Origin: Eledone cirrhosa
Taxonomy: Eukaryota
Assembly (NCBI GenBank): GCA_964016885.1
Contig: OZ024740.1
Span: 232,748,001 to 232,812,000 of the forward strand
Direction: 5' to 3'
DNA length: 64,000 nucleotides
Shown: positions 58,786 to 64,000 of the stretch, piece by piece
How positions within the stretch are numbered: the stretch's first letter is position 1
Layout: every line of letters starts with the position of its first letter
Notes under the pieces: model-generated
Seen by the model: the letters and a program-made list of their open reading frames with translations, nothing else
The model's database searches: none
What the model was told of the DNA's origin: nothing
Made by a program: the position numbers and the translations under genes

Positions 58786-58970
58786 TCAATACCCACGGCA
58801 GTGGAGACTTCTGGTGTCTTCGGTCCTAGGGCTACCTCCCTAATCACCACCATAGGCGCTGAGCTGGCCAGCCGCAGGTGTGAACCTCGCTTACTGGAGT
58901 GGCCTTTCCAGCGCGTCTCCCCTTGCCGTCCCCCGGGGGAACGCATTCTCCATCCTGTCCGCCGGGGCTG
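58786..58970 (+). mobile_element. CRE-clade non-LTR retrotransposon C-terminus (end of RLE domain)
   Basis: IPTAVETSGVFGPRATSLITTIGAELASRRCEPRLLEWPFQRVS, then after a frameshift LAVPRGNAFSILSA (CRE-type P.AVET.G..G and QR.SLAV.RGNA). Confidence 0.85.
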
Positions 58971-59280
58971 TGAAGGGGGGGGGGGGGGCGGCATCGCATA
59001 ACATTCCATATTTAGGTATCTGTGTTCTCACATGTAGACGCACGTCATTTACCATAGTGTTGTGTCCCTAAACGAAGTTTATTTCCTTTAATAGTTATAA
59101 TGTAATTTGTCTGCAGTATGTATAAATGAGATATGATTAAAATGTAGACGTTGTAATGTTTCACAGACCACACATTTATTAGTAAACGTTCCAATCCTAG
59201 AAGCATAAACTATGATTATTATTTTTGCCTGGAACTAAGAATAATGCAGTTAAAAATAGTCTGACCTTCTCAAAAAGTTG

Positions 59281-59330
<50 letters not shown>

Positions 59331-59334
<4 letters not shown>

Positions 59335-59495
59335 AAAATTCTATTTAAATTGTTGGGATACAACAAGCAAATATTTTTATAACTGATATAAAGCACTCGA
59401 CAAGTATTTGGAGTAGATATACGATATTGACAAATGGAAACTATATTTAAAATACGGTTTTATAAATATAGTTTCCATTTGTCAATATCGTATAT
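59331..59495 (-). mobile_element. Family P1 short copy: tail plus terminal hairpin 59418-59495
   Basis: Reverse complement of about 33190-33311. Hairpin ATACGATATTGACAAATGGAAACTATATTTA / TAAATATAGTTTCCATTTGTCAATATCGTAT. Confidence 0.85.
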
Positions 59496-59515
59496 ATATA
59501 TATATATATATATAT

Positions 59516-59838
<323 letters not shown>

Positions 59839-60098
59839 CTGAAACAACATAGCAAGCGAGATAATTAATACTAATCAATACGTGATTCGCTGAATATAAG
59901 AAAATATGTGTTGGGTTAGTACAAAAGAAAAATTGAAGGAGTTAACCTATGCTCAGATAGAAGTAGAAACTTTGCTTAGATAAGAGAAAATGGATCTCTT
60001 ATCTACTATCTAGTGAACAGTGACGTACCGTGGGTAATGCAGCAGGGTGTGATGTATGTTATGACAAAACATTGAACACACACACAGACACACACACA

Positions 60099-60173
<75 letters not shown>

Positions 60174-60177
60174 ACAG

Positions 60178-60257
<80 letters not shown>

Positions 60258-60372
60258 GGTGACAAATATTGCCTGTATGGGTAATCAAATTGTGTGTACA
60301 TTATTTGGGACAGCCTGTATATGTATGTACATATGTATGTAGGCATGTATGTATTTATGTATGATGTATATA

Positions 60373-60405
<33 letters not shown>

Positions 60406-60440
60406 TAGGAAAATGTTAGACCCCCGACAGAGCCACTTCG

Positions 60441-60512
<72 letters not shown>

Positions 60513-60541
60513 AAATGTGTGTAATCCTTGGTACAGTTAGG

Positions 60542-60959
60542 TATATTAAGACAGGGGGGGAAGAAAAAATGGCTTCACTTGTGCTTTCAACAAATTTATT
60601 TTCTTCACAAAATCCAAAAAGAATTTTTCTTAAAAAAATTATTTTATAAATTAAGTTGTTGGTTGTTGGTTAGGTCTTAGGAGTTCTTGGTTAACGTAGG
60701 AGGTATTGTTTCGTTTTTAGAAAGACCTTTCACGCTGAGGTGCGCTTGTCAAACAGTTTGACAAGCGCACCTCAGCGTGAAAGGTCTTTCTAAAAACGAA
60801 ACAATACCTCCTACGTTAACCAAGAACTCCTAAGACCTAACCAACAACCAACAACTTAATTTATAAAATAATTTTTTTAAGAAAAATTCTTTTTGGATTT
60901 TGTGAAGAAAATAAATTTGTTGAAAGCACAAGTGAAGCCATTTTTTCTTCCCCCCTGCC

Positions 60960-60967
<8 letters not shown>
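60542..60967. repeat. Near-perfect ~425-bp palindrome with a 1-nt centre at 60755
   Basis: ...GCGCTTGTCAAAC-A-GTTTGACAAGCGC...; I see only one substitution and one homopolymer indel, both near the outer ends. Confidence 0.95.
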
Positions 60968-60996
<29 letters not shown>

Positions 60997-60999
60997 GAA

Positions 61000-61460
61000 C
61001 GAGGTACACTCAAGTGGTTTTGAGACTTTTATCAAAGACATTAATTTTTGCGCAGATCAACACAAAACTCCCTCAAAGTAGGAGCCTCCAAATTCAATGA
61101 AATTGTTGTAGGGCTCTAGCCAATTCTGGAAGGCGCCTTTGTTGGCCTCCAAATTGAAGGTGTCCAGGGCGCTTGTTACAGCCTCCTTCATTTGCCGCAT
61201 ATCCTCGAAGTGGATACCACAGTTCATAACAGTAGACCGACCTCTCGTCACAGGTTCCACTTGGACTGGAATGATCCAGTCAAACATCTTCCTGCTGTCA
61301 TCATTGCGTCTTTGCCTTTGATCTTCATTGAGCACCCATGGGAACAAACCGTCCACGAACTTTGCGCATGTTCAGATCGTCATGAATGAATCTGTGCAAA
61401 ATGAACAAAATGTGTTAGTGTGATCTTTGAAGCACTGGGTGTCTGATACCTTCACATCAC
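61000..61460 (-). mobile_element. Mariner transposase remnant, internally deleted
   Basis: DLNMRKVRGRFVP / WVLNEDQRQRR ... GIHFEDMRQMKEAVTSALD..GAFQNWLEPYNNFIEFGGSYFEG. TIR-like CGAGGTACACTCAAG at 61000. Confidence 0.85.
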
Positions 61461-61521
61461 TATCACTGAGATGAAGATTACTACAGTAATGGCAGGCACC
61501 ATCTTGTTCCGAAGCGGATAA

Positions 61522-61661
61522 TTTTGCTCGCTGATGAAGCTACTCTTAACCGAAATTACGTACGACATAATGACATTAACTAATTTTCTGTGAACGGCAG
61601 CTCCATATGTACTGTCCTCGGCAGATAGAGTAGTAGAAACTAATTAATTAGTTTGGCAAGA
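61522..61661 (+). ncRNA. Type-I hammerhead with a ~98-nt stem II domain
   Basis: TTTTGCTCG-CTGATGA(61531-37)-A.GCTACTCT...AGAGTAGT.A-GAAA(61636-39)-CTAATTAATTAG-TT^TGGCAAGA. Stem III palindrome ACTAATTAATTAGT. Confidence 0.72.
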
Positions 61662-62603
61662 GGGAATCTAATTCTCTACCTGTGACGAAACCTTTTCTTC
61701 TCACTATTTCACTTTTCAGTGTGCACTCTGTTTACATCTTTGTTGGTATCTTAAGGATACTGGCTTAATTAAAACATCGAGTGAGTGGGGAAAGCGATTG
61801 AAGATTTTTCGGTCATAGCCACTGCTTTACCGAGCACAGCTTTGTGTGCCTTGGGTAGGAACAGTGTAGTTTTTGCTGATATTACTTCTGTGGCTTTTTC
61901 TTTTTATTAACACTTCTCTGGCTTTTTCTCTGGCTTTTTATCTTACTGTCCTTCTTTCTCTAATTTACCCACTCTATCTCACCCTCTCTTTTATGTCTTT
62001 ACAATAGCTTTTATTATGACGCTATTCAACACAAAAGGTTTTCACTAGACTCTAAGCTAAGGGATTTTAACCTCGATGTAACTAAAAAACAAAAGAAATT
62101 AAATATATTGTATGGCATAAGAGGTGCGGTAGGGGGTTATTTGTCAGCAGATAAATATTACAGCCAACAAGGTTTTATCAACACTTGTATTGTTTTGAAA
62201 ACCTCTTAGAAGTAGAGTATTTTTAGTGTTTTAACATTTTACTTGACTTACATTACAGTCAAAAGGGATTATTGATATACAGTTGAGGTGTATACGGGTA
62301 CTCAGACAATAATAAACGTATTGTCACTTTCGTTAATGCATGACTAGCGTTTGTAAGACGCTTTCAATATATATTCTATTACTTCGAACCTATATCTAAA
62401 GTGTCAGAGAAATGTATGAATATCCAAAGACATTCCACATTCCCTATAAAATATTCGGTTTTCGTACCATCCATATTGTTTTTTAATCAACCTTTATGAA
62501 ATAAAGATGTATCGAATTGGGAGAAAAATTATTTATACGTGTTATTTATACTTATTTATACGTGTTATTTATACTTATTTATACGTGTTATTTATACTTA
62601 TTT

Positions 62604-62792
62604 AAGGGCGGTGGATTGGCAGTATCAGTAGAGAGTCGGACGCCATGCTTTCCAGCATAGTTACGTCCCTTTACGGTCTGTGTTCAAATCCCGCCGAGGT
62701 TAACTTTGCCTTTCATCCTTACGGGGTCGATAAAAGAAAGTACCAGTAATGTACTGGGTAATTGCTGGCCTTGTGCCAAAAGTAGAAACAGT
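62604..62792 (+). mobile_element. SINE family A, full length, inserted in a 23-bp tandem repeat
   Basis: AAGGGCGGTGGATTGGCAGTATC...GTAGAAACAG. TTATTTATACTTATTTATACGTG units lie on both sides (about 62528-62825). Confidence 0.92.
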
Positions 62793-63204
62793 TATTTATA
62801 CTTATTTATACGTGTTATTTATACTTTGTTATTCGCTCGTCAAATTTGATGAATCCATCCATTTTCTCGCTTTTGGGAGCTAGATGAGTGAAAGTTATAT
62901 ATATAATTTGCTTTGCGAGATTTCTTATCTGAAAACGTGTTGTAACAGGTACGTGACCCTCCCAAAGTATGGCGACATGAACCTCCCAAAGTATAACAAA
63001 ATATATATATACAGTATATATATATATATATATATACTGTATATATATATATATATTGTTATATATATAGATAGATATATATATATATATTCAGTTATTA
63101 GGAGTATTCCAAAGCTTGGTAGAACAAGTTGTGAGGAAAGTTCTCAACATACGTTAAGGTGACTCGACAGGTTGGTAGGGATTCTGTAGTGGAAACACGA
63201 ACAT

Positions 63205-63745
<541 letters not shown>

Positions 63746-64000
63746 AATATATGTTATTATCTGTTGCTGATTAGGTCCAGATTATCTTTGATGAAACACA
63801 CTTGTGATTAAAGGAGTGAAACCCGTTCTTTTCAGAAATATGTTACCTCCGTCGTTAATTATGTACTTATTACTTCTATTAGAGCCAAGTGTGATTTGGT
63901 GAGCATTTCCGAGCGAATTTTTGCTGGTCAAACAAATATTTAGTTGATTTGCTCGGTGCAAGGATGGTGTAGAAATTATGAAATAAAATAAGAAATATCT

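Noticed and set aside
60893-60940. [12 protein letters not shown] as an I/Nimb-type LINE C-terminus inside the palindrome
   Set aside because: About a dozen residues of AT-rich sequence, with no upstream RNase H or zinc-knuckle support.

Overview
This is AT-rich, repeat-saturated eukaryotic DNA. The SINE families, the (TA)n/(CA)n/(TACA)n load and the LINE spectrum look like a coleoid cephalopod, probably Octopus (inference from recognising repeats, not from a search). I see no intact protein-coding gene. Almost the whole ORF track is translated microsatellite (YI/HT/CV/MM/RE runs), and there is one weak candidate exon at 50464-50632 (-). The window reads as intronic or intergenic, with a 200-N gap at 4156-4355. 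Recognisable content: about 20-25 copies of a ~190-bp tRNA-derived SINE, many with target-site duplications; pieces of other SINE families; decayed RTE, CRE and R4/Dong-type non-LTR retrotransposons; two internally deleted mariner elements; hAT and pogo-like MITEs; and minisatellites. The main unexplained signal is a dense set of minimal type-I hammerhead ribozyme (HHR) motifs, 13 well formed and about 5 decayed. Most have a palindromic stem III, and several sit in asymmetric fold-back elements beside (TA)n, which matches Penelope-like/retrozyme-type retroelements. Two non-canonical features recur across sequence-unrelated copies: a C.C (Y.Y) mismatch at the 4th position of stem II, and an unpaired N10.1.A11.1. 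Two copies carry a stem II of about 100-115 nt. All folds were made by eye and none is tested.
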